Below, piece after piece: positions 38,601 to 47,192 of a DNA stretch of 64,000 bases. How positions within the stretch are numbered: position 1 is the stretch's first letter; each line of letters starts with the position of its first letter. A program made the translations under genes and the position numbers. This stretch comes from a virus (taxonomy: Duplodnaviria > Caudoviricetes), in IMG/VR virus record IMGVR_UViG_3300005662_000039, positions 4,188-68,187 of that record. One strand, given 5' to 3'. The notes under the pieces are model-generated. The model did not search any database. It worked only from the letters and a program-made list of their open reading frames with translations, and was not told the origin of the DNA.

Positions 38601-41192
38601 GAGTTAGAGAAGAAAGCGCAGATGATGGGCGGACAAATGCCAGCTAACCTTAATCCTGCTGGAATGGGAGCTGGTATGAATCTTCCTGGCGGTAGTGTTC
38701 CTCCAGGAACTCCTGGAGTGGAGGCTCTTACAACTGGTCCTGGTATTCCTGGTCCAGGTGGAGCTCCTTCGCCAGCAGCAGATCCGTTGGCTGGTTTGGG
38801 TGGTGACGATGCTTCGGAATCTGCCGAAGATGCTCCAGAAACAGCGAATCCTCCCATGGCAGTCTGTGTTGTTTGCGGAAATAATGATGTTGATGTTTCA
38901 GGTGGAAAATCAAAGTGCAAGGGTCCTGGATGTGGTAGTGGATTTAGCCTGAAGGTCGTCCCCGCATCTTTACTTGATGGTGCTTCTGAGGCGGAACCAA
39001 GTTCTGAAGATTCTGAAGCATCTGTAGAGAAAGGTCTGGGAGGATCTGGAGCAGCGCTGCCACCATCTGGTGCAATGCCCCCAGTTGCTGCCAGTGCCAA
39101 GTTGGATGTTGACGCACTCAAGAAGGTGGCTTCCACTATTGAATTCGGATCAGTAAGTCCTATTACTGGCACAAGGAACACCGTCAAGTTGGGAGATGGT
39201 ACTTGGGCATGTCTTGACAGTGGGCAGAAGTACATAGTTCGTGTTGCAGCAAGTGCAAATGATCCTAAGTCAATATGGGCTCAATGGGAATGGGTTCCAC
39301 AGGTCAAGAAGGCATCATGCTCCAGTTGTTCTCGTAAGAAGCAGGCTTTTGTGAATGCGCTTTCAGAAATGGGAATTTCCGAATCTCAGTTTGATTCAAT
39401 GCCAGTTAACAAAAAGGCAGAAACCATTATTGCTGTTCATCAGTCTGGAAAATATTCCGAGATTAAGCAAGCATCATTGGATTCAGATGTGAAATATTCC
39501 ATCAAGCAGGCCTTTACCGTTCATGGAGAATTCCCCATGAATGATTGCATGGAGAAACTTGCTCGACGTTATGGAGAGAATGCTCTCGCGCTCAGTGGCC
39601 CATGTGAAGGTAGAAATCTTGCTGATTGCGTTTGCAATGGTCTTGCTAAGGAGAAGGTGTATACCACAGGATTGGCCAGCAAGATTGCTTCCGTATGGTC
39701 TGACAAGGATGCGATGGATAATTGCCTTGAGGATCTCATTCGTTCTGGAATGACTCTTGGCAAGGCTGCTTACGCATGCGATGGAATGAAGACTAAGTAC
39801 GCTTCAGTAGAGGAGCTTTTTGCTGAAGCCATGTCTGGAGACGAATTCGGTGGTGATGACACTGATGGATCTGATGAAGGTAATGACGATGATAATTCAG
39901 ATCCATTCGATTCTGACGGCGATGATGTTGATGTAAAACATGTTGATCCAAATGACATGGAGATAGATCTCAAGCTTCACGCTGATCCAGAGATGCTTGA
40001 TGCGATAGAAAAAGCTATATCTGAGATTATGTCCAATGTTCCATCTTCAGATGGAGCAGAAGACAATGATGTTGAATTTGAGATAGCTGATGACGATGCA
40101 GACATTGAAGAAGGTGATGTTGATGTTGATACATCAGGTGATGATTCGTCCGATTCCGACGAAAAAGCTGAAAAATTAGAAATTAACAAAGGAAAAGACG
40201 GACAAGACATGAATATTGTAAATGATACCATGGAAAAAGAATCCGACATGACAAAATTAGCACCAAAGGCAGCAGAGTCCAATGACGAGCGCATTCAGCG
40301 TGAAGCAATGGCATTGCGCCGTGGTAGAGTAGTTGGCGTCGGAAAACTTGAACTTGATGTGTCTAAGATAGCCAATTCCCTCAATAAGAGTTCAAGTGAA
40401 AAAGAAGTAAAGCAGGAAAATCCACAGGACAACGCAGGAAAGATATCTGGCGAGAATGTCCCCATGGAAGATGCCGATGCTCCTACTTCTGGCGAGGGAA
40501 TGAAGGATATGGATAAGCCTTCTATCCCAGTTACTGGAGACTCTGAGATGGGCAATGCTGTGACTGGTCGCGTGGCATCTTTTGAGTCCGCACTTGCAAA
40601 GATGGCAAAAGACATGAAGTTGCAGCGAGGCAATGTCCAAGACGATAAGGACATTGGAAATTACAGCAAGGACGGCATTGAGATGACATCTCCCAATGTT
40701 CCATCAAAGGGCGGTGCCGATCTTGATACCCCAAGCATACCTGCTGGAGATGGTGCCTTTGATGGCGAGTCTGAAGCAGGATACACAGCAGAAAAGCAAA
40801 ATCACATGACTGGCGGAGACGCTGGATCTGGTGGAGATACGAAGACCAGTGGTGTTCGTGAGGAACTTGCGCTCAAGATTGCAGCAAGAATGGTTGAGGA
40901 GAAGGTTATTTCAGCCATGCAAATGCCTGCAAAGATAAACGAGCTATCGAGATACCAGGTATCTCAGCTTCAGGATCTTGAGAAAGTTATGTTTAGGAAC
41001 GCCTCTAAAGGTCTAAAGACAGCTTCTGTATCAGGTGGTTTGGAGAAACCTCTTCTGATAGCAGATTCCAGCAGCGAGAAGAATGTATCTTCTGATCTTA
41101 AGTCAAAGATATCTTCTCTCTTCCGTCTACACAAGCAGAACGAAATGGCTGATCAGACGGAAAATGCCAAGTTACGTGACGTTTTCAGATAA
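35685..41192 (+). CDS. prohead (capsid maturation) protease fused to a very large scaffold/core region (1835 aa)
   Basis: N-terminal domain DFF...ELKKA..TFIGVPVFVNH...GKV...GSSMGC.V....CSIC (His and Ser candidates of HK97/herpes-fold proteases); acidic disordered and helical C-terminal parts; directly upstream of the decoration protein and MCP. Confidence 0.8.
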   Translation: MEDTIEENGLGKKSFRFTSDRDVCALNLPNNWQEINTDILTKNASIKENGSIFNKNGKVVDLGGFDLDKAIDENSECLFVKVFAIKKDEVNDNGDFFNESELKKATSTFIGVPVFVNHQNDDIEKARGKVVHAWYDDERGGIYTINMVDKVAFPRLARGLEAGYVTGSSMGCSVKYSCCSICHTRAATAKEFCSHIKERKKRLFNGECECKYHDRPNAGDEPCPLCDKKKGEKKANVYKDKQIFEHNYGVKFIEDSFVVNPACHDCLVSDILNPSELQKKVANVTDIIKKYASSIEGQEHNDGCSDGSCSLRKVAGVKEIGDLNEAMNKMERVVRSMMAQKSKVSLEYVSDIIKVCADVQKIADELVEMGYARLPSPSDDQVAFGVAEHASPINPQGSPVQTSTPAMPSPSAAIPASTKPIQTAVAKPGSFSAQTTEYGDDIGRVTKPSFMPRKSENMEDFVKISHMIRDRIANLEEKLAEGIDLGLSSDYRATDGDISIVITADDDGDMFVSAFNGTRMTKWASVDTLTQELRQLVINDPTEAARRLLIAGYGGTNRSEDTMNSNENNDNLKIAKRKDAPDVTTQAQLDGSGLLYGARKGDAPDKTTQSQLDGHIKKDESSASPVERHPSPTDTVESQLNGKGGFMVRWSNTPEAITEGQWTAANREVYAKLPSDWSEGAKESQLEALRKSHKWVDPSETTEGQLAKNASSSAVDLIKAASDGISTAIGFYGLTADQVKKAFAVAGKNMEKTAFSVLYNAAPWLVEDRIKNVSLKRFLSKEASSADLGIEPMDALVAGLADHVGNLPVDQVIKAASWISKEQVAFQTAIDNAEKFASVEEDASVDEDDIFRKAFRESNFPEDGLFKICATIEDDINVDPSAGDAFVRAVHKFASAQVSEAFGVSELAPMSIDIDDSNGIVEATLKIASMLDAEELKHYNEWLSSAEKSEKNASSSLEDRRSKRASVLNKIDELEKKAQMMGGQMPANLNPAGMGAGMNLPGGSVPPGTPGVEALTTGPGIPGPGGAPSPAADPLAGLGGDDASESAEDAPETANPPMAVCVVCGNNDVDVSGGKSKCKGPGCGSGFSLKVVPASLLDGASEAEPSSEDSEASVEKGLGGSGAALPPSGAMPPVAASAKLDVDALKKVASTIEFGSVSPITGTRNTVKLGDGTWACLDSGQKYIVRVAASANDPKSIWAQWEWVPQVKKASCSSCSRKKQAFVNALSEMGISESQFDSMPVNKKAETIIAVHQSGKYSEIKQASLDSDVKYSIKQAFTVHGEFPMNDCMEKLARRYGENALALSGPCEGRNLADCVCNGLAKEKVYTTGLASKIASVWSDKDAMDNCLEDLIRSGMTLGKAAYACDGMKTKYASVEELFAEAMSGDEFGGDDTDGSDEGNDDDNSDPFDSDGDDVDVKHVDPNDMEIDLKLHADPEMLDAIEKAISEIMSNVPSSDGAEDNDVEFEIADDDADIEEGDVDVDTSGDDSSDSDEKAEKLEINKGKDGQDMNIVNDTMEKESDMTKLAPKAAESNDERIQREAMALRRGRVVGVGKLELDVSKIANSLNKSSSEKEVKQENPQDNAGKISGENVPMEDADAPTSGEGMKDMDKPSIPVTGDSEMGNAVTGRVASFESALAKMAKDMKLQRGNVQDDKDIGNYSKDGIEMTSPNVPSKGGADLDTPSIPAGDGAFDGESEAGYTAEKQNHMTGGDAGSGGDTKTSGVREELALKIAARMVEEKVISAMQMPAKINELSRYQVSQLQDLEKVMFRNASKGLKTASVSGGLEKPLLIADSSSEKNVSSDLKSKISSLFRLHKQNEMADQTENAKLRDVFR
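37427..37803 (+). repeat. six (T/V/I)(T)E/Q-x-QL peptide repeats in the protease/scaffold
   Basis: DVTTQAQL, DKTTQSQL, DTVESQL, AITEGQW, AKESQL, ETTEGQL. Confidence 0.7.
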
Positions 41193-41218
41193 TATAAAAA
41201 ATATAGGAGAATAAAAGA

Positions 41219-41803
41219 ATGGCACTTATTGAAGTTTATCATACAATCGCCTCCAATTTCGTTGTCAGCAATGTCAACAACAACGAAATCAAGGAGGGAA
41301 TGGGCGTGGCTCTCGTTCCTGACGCGGGTCACAACTCTACCGTCGTTCGTAAGGACGGCACCTACACCAATGCTATAGGTATTGCTGGCGACTCAGCCAA
41401 TAGCACCACTAGCAACAAGCCCTACCAGTCCTCTCTCGTTGTCAGTGGAACCGGTGCTACCAAGTCCACTGCCAATCGCGTGAGCGACTTCTTTGACGAG
41501 TCTCTTGCCTCTGGTAAGATCACCGTCTATATGGGTACTGGAGAGTTCTATAGCGATCAGTACGACTCATCAGTTATTACTAACGAGTCTACTGTTGGTT
41601 CAACTCTCTACATGTCTGACAGTGGTCTTTTGACCACTTCGTCCAATGACAATAAGGTTGGAATCCTCCTCAGCCTTCCAAACGCCTATCCAAGCGGCGT
41701 TCCTGGTGCTGATGATAAGGCCACTGCTGCTCTTGAGGGCATCAACGGGTCAACCAGTCTTGGAACTTTCGTTCATTTCTACATGAACATTCAGCCTGCA
41801 TAA
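41219..41803 (+). CDS. capsid decoration/cement protein
   Basis: Between protease and MCP; EGMGVAL...AIGIAGD...GKITVY...GEFYSDQY...LYMSDSGLLT beta-tulip-like pattern; high-expression codon bias. Confidence 0.6.
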   Translation: MALIEVYHTIASNFVVSNVNNNEIKEGMGVALVPDAGHNSTVVRKDGTYTNAIGIAGDSANSTTSNKPYQSSLVVSGTGATKSTANRVSDFFDESLASGKITVYMGTGEFYSDQYDSSVITNESTVGSTLYMSDSGLLTTSSNDNKVGILLSLPNAYPSGVPGADDKATAALEGINGSTSLGTFVHFYMNIQPA

Positions 41804-41871
41804 TTAACCTAGCTAGAACTTTACCGCAATAACGGAAAACTAGCACAAAGAAAGAAAAGGAATTTAGATCC

Positions 41872-42759
41872 ATGTCAATAGATAAAAATGGTCTTACCTA
41901 TGATGAGAAGGAAATGGTCATTGCCCAGGCGCTCGCCACCGAAGAGGGTCGCACCGCGCTTGCTCAGGCAATGGTTGAGCCAATTCGCCGGTCACTTGAG
42001 TATCAGGCGGTTGGTCGTAAGCTTCTGATGGTTGATGAGCTTCCCCAGGGCGCTCTTCCCCGTTACGAGCGTGACGTTGCCTCCGTGGCCACCGTTGTTG
42101 CTCGTCAGGGCGCAGTGCCTGATCAGATCGTTGAGGGCGAGGAGATCCTTGTCCCAACCTTCGAAATCGCTGCTCACCCAACCATCCGTCTTTCTGAGAT
42201 CAAGGCTCGTCGATTCTATATCGTCGACCGTGCTCAGATCAAGGCTAAGGAAGCAATCCAGAAGGAAGAGGATCGCAACATATTCAATGCTCTCATCGCT
42301 GCAGCTGATGCGCGTGATGCTAGTGGTCTCGGCAGCCAGATTGTAGATAACCAGGGAACCCTGGAGACTGCTTCTCTGAACACTGCTTACCGCTTCATCG
42401 AGCAGCACGACCTTGTTGCCTCTAAGGTTGTTTGCCACCCCAATCAGTACGCTTCATTCCGTACTTTTGGTAAGTCTTTCTACGATGAGGCTACCACTCG
42501 TGAGATTCTGACCACTGGTCTTTACGGTCACCTCTGGACTGCTGACATTCACGTCAGTTCCCAGCTTGACACTCAGACCATATTGGTTACTGCTTCTCCA
42601 GACACTGTTGGAGCTTTCCCAATCCGTCAGGATATCACTGTTCTTCCAGCAGACGATCCAAAGAAGCTTCGTCTTGGCTGGGTCATTTTCGAGGAAGTCG
42701 GCGTTGTTGTAATGAACGACTACGCTGTAGCCAAGATCGAAGTCAGCGTTGCATCCTAA
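41872..42759 (+). CDS. major capsid protein (HK97 fold)
   Basis: LAQAMVEPIRRSLEYQAVGRKLLMVDELPQG...EILVPTFEIAAHP...AIQKEED...DIHVSS...GWVIFEEVG; strong codon bias; AAGGA RBS; followed by a terminator. Confidence 0.9.
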   Translation: MSIDKNGLTYDEKEMVIAQALATEEGRTALAQAMVEPIRRSLEYQAVGRKLLMVDELPQGALPRYERDVASVATVVARQGAVPDQIVEGEEILVPTFEIAAHPTIRLSEIKARRFYIVDRAQIKAKEAIQKEEDRNIFNALIAAADARDASGLGSQIVDNQGTLETASLNTAYRFIEQHDLVASKVVCHPNQYASFRTFGKSFYDEATTREILTTGLYGHLWTADIHVSSQLDTQTILVTASPDTVGAFPIRQDITVLPADDPKKLRLGWVIFEEVGVVVMNDYAVAKIEVSVAS

Positions 42760-42796
42760 TAGAGGGTAAAATCCGCCCATAAGCGGTTCCCAGAGG

Positions 42797-42828
42797 GGCT
42801 TCATGCCGAAAGGCATGGAGCCTTTTTT
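42797..42828 (+). terminator. intrinsic terminator after MCP
   Basis: GGCTTCATGCC-GAAA-GGCATGGAGCC-TTTTTT. Confidence 0.9.
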
Positions 42829-42901
42829 ATTTTATTGTTATATCATAAAAACTACTTTTCAAAAAGGTGTTATTCCAACTTGCTCGTATATAATATCTCA
42901 T

Positions 42902-44548
42902 ATGGCAGAAAGAAAGATATTCAATTTCAATTCGCAAATAGACCCAAAATTAACTTTTGATAAGTTTGGGTATCTGCCAGAAAATCTTGGGAAAACATCC
43001 TCAAAATTTGTTGTTGCCTCATGTCGTTATTGTGGTGATTTTATGGATATTAGGAAAGGCTTTTTTAACAAATCAGGCTCAGCATGTCATAAGCAATGTA
43101 GATTGAAAGAAATGAGCGAGTCAGGATCTCCATTTCTGTCTGAAGATGTAAGAGAAAAATCACGTCAGACTAATGTCAAAAAATGGGGGAATGAGGTTCC
43201 TCAAAAAAATGAATTAATAAAAGACAAGATTAGATCTGCAAAAAAGGATCCATCATTTCAAAATTATTTTAAGAATATTATGATTGAAAGACATGGGGTT
43301 GACAATCCATGTAAGCTTGAAGATCATATGGAAAAGGTAAGAAAAACAAGTTTGGAAAAATATGGAGTTTCGCACTTTAATTTGAACCCATCAGTGCAAG
43401 AGAAGCGCAAACTTACCAGCATGGAAAAATATGGCACTGAAAATCCAGCACAAAATACTGCAGTTTCTAATAAGATAAAAGATTCATGGCGTCATATTGT
43501 TAATGAAGAATGCGCAAAATATTCTATGCATAATTTTGTTCGTAATAGCAAAGAACTTTGGACCATGATTGAATCTGGTAGATCTCTAGGAGAAATAGCA
43601 GACGAATTTAAAATAGATAGAGTGGCTTTAAATAAGGCTCTTTTGGCTCCTGAAATAAGGGATAAGTACAAGAGTTTATATTCTTATCCAAAGAATCAAA
43701 AGCAGAAAGAGATACTATCTTTTATTAACTCAATAGGAATAACAGATGCGATCATGAATGATGTTTCAAGGATAGGCATTGAATTAGATATATATTCTCC
43801 ATCTTTGCAATTAGCGATTGAATTTAATGGGTCATATTGGCATTCCGAGGCTATAGTTGATCGTAAGGCAGCTAGAAATAAGCATTATAATAAAAGTAAA
43901 ATATGTGAAGAAAACGGGATACGTTTAATTCACATATTTGAAAAGCAATGGGAAGAACGAAGATTTCAAATAGAATCCTTTCTCCGCTCTGCTTGTGGTG
44001 CAAATCAGATAAGGATAGGAGCAAGGGACTGTCAATTAGACTACTCAGAACAAAATAATTTTATAGATATGGTGCATATTCAAGGCAAGCCTATAGGAAC
44101 AGATTTTTGGATTAATCTAATGCATAATGGATCCATTGTGGGATCTATGACAATAGGAGGTCATCACAGAAAAAGTGATGACAACGAAGCCATCTTAAGC
44201 AGGATGGTATTTGCTAATAATACTACAGTATCCGGCGGAGCATCAAGAATGCTGAGCAAGGCAATAGAATGGTGTAGGAGAAACAAATTTAGTAAAATCA
44301 CTACATGGTCAGATAGCGCTATAAGTACTGGCTGGGCATACGAAAAGATGGGTTTTAATTTGGAAAAGACATATAGACCTGATTATTTTTATTGGGATCT
44401 CAGGAATGATTGCTATAAATCCAAGCAGTCCCAAAAGAAAAAATCAACAAAGTGCCCTGAGGGCATGACCGAGAGAGAGTGGTGTCTGGAAAGAGGTTTA
44501 TACAGAATCTGGGATTGTGGGAAGAAAAAGTGGTCTATTAATCTGTAG
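42902..44548 (+). CDS. free-standing Hef-like homing endonuclease (KYG-NP repeats + Vsr-like PD-(D/E)xK + GNAT/Mom-like domain)
   Basis: ERHGVDNP, EKYGVSHF, EKYGTENP repeats; ELDIYSP...AIEFNGSYWHS; LSRM...GGASRML...TWSD...GWAYEKMGF; AT-richer than MCP; TATAAT 9 nt before ATG 42902. Confidence 0.75.
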   Translation: MAERKIFNFNSQIDPKLTFDKFGYLPENLGKTSSKFVVASCRYCGDFMDIRKGFFNKSGSACHKQCRLKEMSESGSPFLSEDVREKSRQTNVKKWGNEVPQKNELIKDKIRSAKKDPSFQNYFKNIMIERHGVDNPCKLEDHMEKVRKTSLEKYGVSHFNLNPSVQEKRKLTSMEKYGTENPAQNTAVSNKIKDSWRHIVNEECAKYSMHNFVRNSKELWTMIESGRSLGEIADEFKIDRVALNKALLAPEIRDKYKSLYSYPKNQKQKEILSFINSIGITDAIMNDVSRIGIELDIYSPSLQLAIEFNGSYWHSEAIVDRKAARNKHYNKSKICEENGIRLIHIFEKQWEERRFQIESFLRSACGANQIRIGARDCQLDYSEQNNFIDMVHIQGKPIGTDFWINLMHNGSIVGSMTIGGHHRKSDDNEAILSRMVFANNTTVSGGASRMLSKAIEWCRRNKFSKITTWSDSAISTGWAYEKMGFNLEKTYRPDYFYWDLRNDCYKSKQSQKKKSTKCPEGMTEREWCLERGLYRIWDCGKKKWSINL

Positions 44549-44563
44549 TTCCGAAAAATTGCT

Positions 44564-45916
44564 GTGCGTTTAATCAATAATTGCAATGCTGATCTCCAGC
44601 TCTCTAGCGGTAAGTCATCGATACCTCCTGGTGGCATAATAGACGTTTCTTGTTCTGCATTATCAAATGATATCAGAATGAGGAATTTGATATTGTCTGG
44701 TCATTTAGTTATGGATGAAGCTGATGATGAGTGTGCTGCAGCCAAGGCCTTGATGCAGATTGTCGGGCAAAAGGATAATATGATTGATTCAAAAGGAAGA
44801 GAAATAGCCAATGTAGTCTTGAGAGGCCAGATGCTTGACTATTCTGGCTACGCGAAAGTCAATAGGAATTTAGTAAAAGTTGCTAATTCGCATGGAATAG
44901 ATATGCTTGTTGATCCAGTAGATGATAAGCATCCAAAACTTATAGGCAAGGATTTGAGGGAGTTCTCTGATTATAAGAGTTGGAAGGGCAGGTGTTGGAC
45001 TACCGTAGATAGTGTCGTCCCCAATATGGTTCTTCCTAAAGTGGCTAGGAAAAAGATTTTATATACAACAGTGGAAACATCTACATTACCATTGTCATTA
45101 AGAGATAATTTGCATGCATATGATAGAATTTGGACTACATCTAACTTCTGTTCTGGAGTCCTTAAGTCGGAGGCTGGGGTTGATTCTGCAGTGCTTCCTG
45201 GAGTAGTGGATGAACATGTCTGGACTCACAATGGCGATATCAAAGAATTTAATCCTAAACTTAAGAAGTTTGTTTTTGTTTCTGTTTTTAACTGGGGGTA
45301 TAGAAAAGCGCCAGAAATAATGCTTCACTCTTATTTCCGGAATTTTAATTATGAAGATGATGTATCTTTATTGTTGGTTTCCAGATTTAAAAGACATGGA
45401 TCCTCCGTGCGTGGCGTTTATGATGAAGTTGAAAGTATCGCCAAAGAATATGGTGGTAGAAGATTGCCGCATGTGGCTAGATTCTCTAAAGAGGTCGATG
45501 ATGCAGAACTGGCGAGCATATATAGAGCATCAAATTGTTTTGTTTTGGCTTCAAGAGGCGAGGGTTACGGGCTTCCGCATATAGAATCTCTTCTTTGCGG
45601 AATACCAGTTGTTGCCACTCGTCATGGTGGTTATACTGATATTCTTAATGATAGTAATTCTAAATTAGTTGATTTTGATTCATATAAAAAAGTTCCAAGT
45701 GGTGCCACTGGTGTTTCGTATTGGGACGGTCAAACGATGCTAGACTTAACTTCTGACGCTTTTATAGACAGTTTTGGAAGTTCAATGCGAGATGTATATT
45801 TAAATTATTCTAAGTATAAAGCAAATGCTTTGAATGCAAGAGACGCTGTTGTGGCTCAGGTTGGTCGCAGAGCTGTGGCTAATAAGTTAAAATTGCTTTT
45901 GGAGGAAATGAAATGA
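44564..45916 (+). CDS. GT-B (GT4-like) glycosyltransferase with extra N-terminal module
   Basis: IWTTSNF, PGVVD, WGYRKAPE, FVLASRGEGYGLPHIESLLCGIPVVATRHGG. Confidence 0.85.
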   Translation: MRLINNCNADLQLSSGKSSIPPGGIIDVSCSALSNDIRMRNLILSGHLVMDEADDECAAAKALMQIVGQKDNMIDSKGREIANVVLRGQMLDYSGYAKVNRNLVKVANSHGIDMLVDPVDDKHPKLIGKDLREFSDYKSWKGRCWTTVDSVVPNMVLPKVARKKILYTTVETSTLPLSLRDNLHAYDRIWTTSNFCSGVLKSEAGVDSAVLPGVVDEHVWTHNGDIKEFNPKLKKFVFVSVFNWGYRKAPEIMLHSYFRNFNYEDDVSLLLVSRFKRHGSSVRGVYDEVESIAKEYGGRRLPHVARFSKEVDDAELASIYRASNCFVLASRGEGYGLPHIESLLCGIPVVATRHGGYTDILNDSNSKLVDFDSYKKVPSGATGVSYWDGQTMLDLTSDAFIDSFGSSMRDVYLNYSKYKANALNARDAVVAQVGRRAVANKLKLLLEEMK

Positions 45917-46494
45917 TAGTTATAATGGATGATGCAAATAGAAACATGTATTTTATTTCCAATGGCACGAGAAAAATTCCATATGAAGAAGCAACTGATG
46001 TGCTTGCATCATTTTCCAACGAGAATATATCATGTGTATTTGCAAAGCAGATAAGTGTTAAAGATTTGATCACGCACATTGGTAATAGTAAAGAAAACAT
46101 TATTGGGAGTAATGCCCAATCTGAAAAGCGCAATACATCTTATGATACAAGTTCTGCAAAATATATTGTTCCCTCAAAGCCTTCGGCTGTCATCGTTGCT
46201 GGATTAACCCCAACGCTAATGTTTGAAAATGGGTATGACTACAAGTCTGTTGAAAGTTTAAAAAATACATATGGAGGTCATATTCCTCATCAAGTAGAGA
46301 AGCTAATAAATTCAGGAAGACTTATATTTATAGATGAATCGTCAATCGCAGAACTTGAACATAAGAAGCAGGAAAGCATAAAGATAGCCCAGAGAAAACA
46401 TAAAAATGGCGGTAAGAAAGTGGACTCGGATGATTCTGATCTGAATGATGAAGACGGAAGACTTGCAAGAAAGGCAACAAGGATAAATCTGTGA
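45913..46494 (+). CDS. hypothetical protein with a copy of the ~50-aa module
   Basis: ...HQVEKLINSGRLIFID, then a charged tail. Confidence 0.7.
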   Translation: MIVIMDDANRNMYFISNGTRKIPYEEATDVLASFSNENISCVFAKQISVKDLITHIGNSKENIIGSNAQSEKRNTSYDTSSAKYIVPSKPSAVIVAGLTPTLMFENGYDYKSVESLKNTYGGHIPHQVEKLINSGRLIFIDESSIAELEHKKQESIKIAQRKHKNGGKKVDSDDSDLNDEDGRLARKATRINL

Positions 46495-47192
46495 TAAAAG
46501 GAGATAAGATAGTAATAGTATGTCCTATTCAAGATTGGTCGGTATTTTTTGCCATAGGCGCTTATAGGATAATGAGAGAAAGAGGCTATGATGTTTCTAT
46601 CATGCCAAAATCTATGGCTCAGGAAAATATATTTTCTAACGACATAGACATCAGCATATGCGATGGAACATCGATAGATGGTAAAATGCTTTTTTTGGCA
46701 CCAGATCCAATAGCTGAAAGAGATGCCAGGATGCGAGGCATAGAGACGATGGGATGCGTTGCCGACGAATATGAATCGTCATGGAGCGAAGTTTCTTCAT
46801 GCTGGAATGGTCAGAGCGATGCTCCACTGCTGGAAATATATGAAAAAGCTTTCAGCAAATCATTTTACATGGAACTAATAGATGCTCAAAAGATATCAAA
46901 ACCATATACTGGAGTTGCCATAAAAAGCGAGTCAGTACGAATGCTCGTAAAGAGCGCATTCTTTGTTCAGAATTTGAGATTATGGCATGTTCCGATTAGG
47001 CAAAATGTTATGAAAAGATTACATGAAAGTTGTTCATGTTCAACACTTATAACTGATGATGCCTTTTGCGCCATGGCATCATACGCACACGGTAATTCTG
47101 TCATACTGCTTAGAAAACCATGCGATGGACTTCCTAATCTCAGTAGCGGATCTAGACTTGTGGAACAGAATATATCGGAGTACAATGCTTGA
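46491..47192 (+). CDS. degenerate glycosyltransferase-like protein
   Basis: IVIVCP...AYRIMRERGYDVSI; LHESCSCSTLITDD...AMASYAHGNSVILL resembles a GT-B acceptor/donor architecture. Confidence 0.4.
   Translation: MIKGDKIVIVCPIQDWSVFFAIGAYRIMRERGYDVSIMPKSMAQENIFSNDIDISICDGTSIDGKMLFLAPDPIAERDARMRGIETMGCVADEYESSWSEVSSCWNGQSDAPLLEIYEKAFSKSFYMELIDAQKISKPYTGVAIKSESVRMLVKSAFFVQNLRLWHVPIRQNVMKRLHESCSCSTLITDDAFCAMASYAHGNSVILLRKPCDGLPNLSSGSRLVEQNISEYNA

Noticed and set aside
42803-42901. N-terminal 33-aa extension of the endonuclease ORF
   Set aside because: It begins inside the MCP terminator hairpin and spans the promoter-like region; ATG 42902 is the likelier start.
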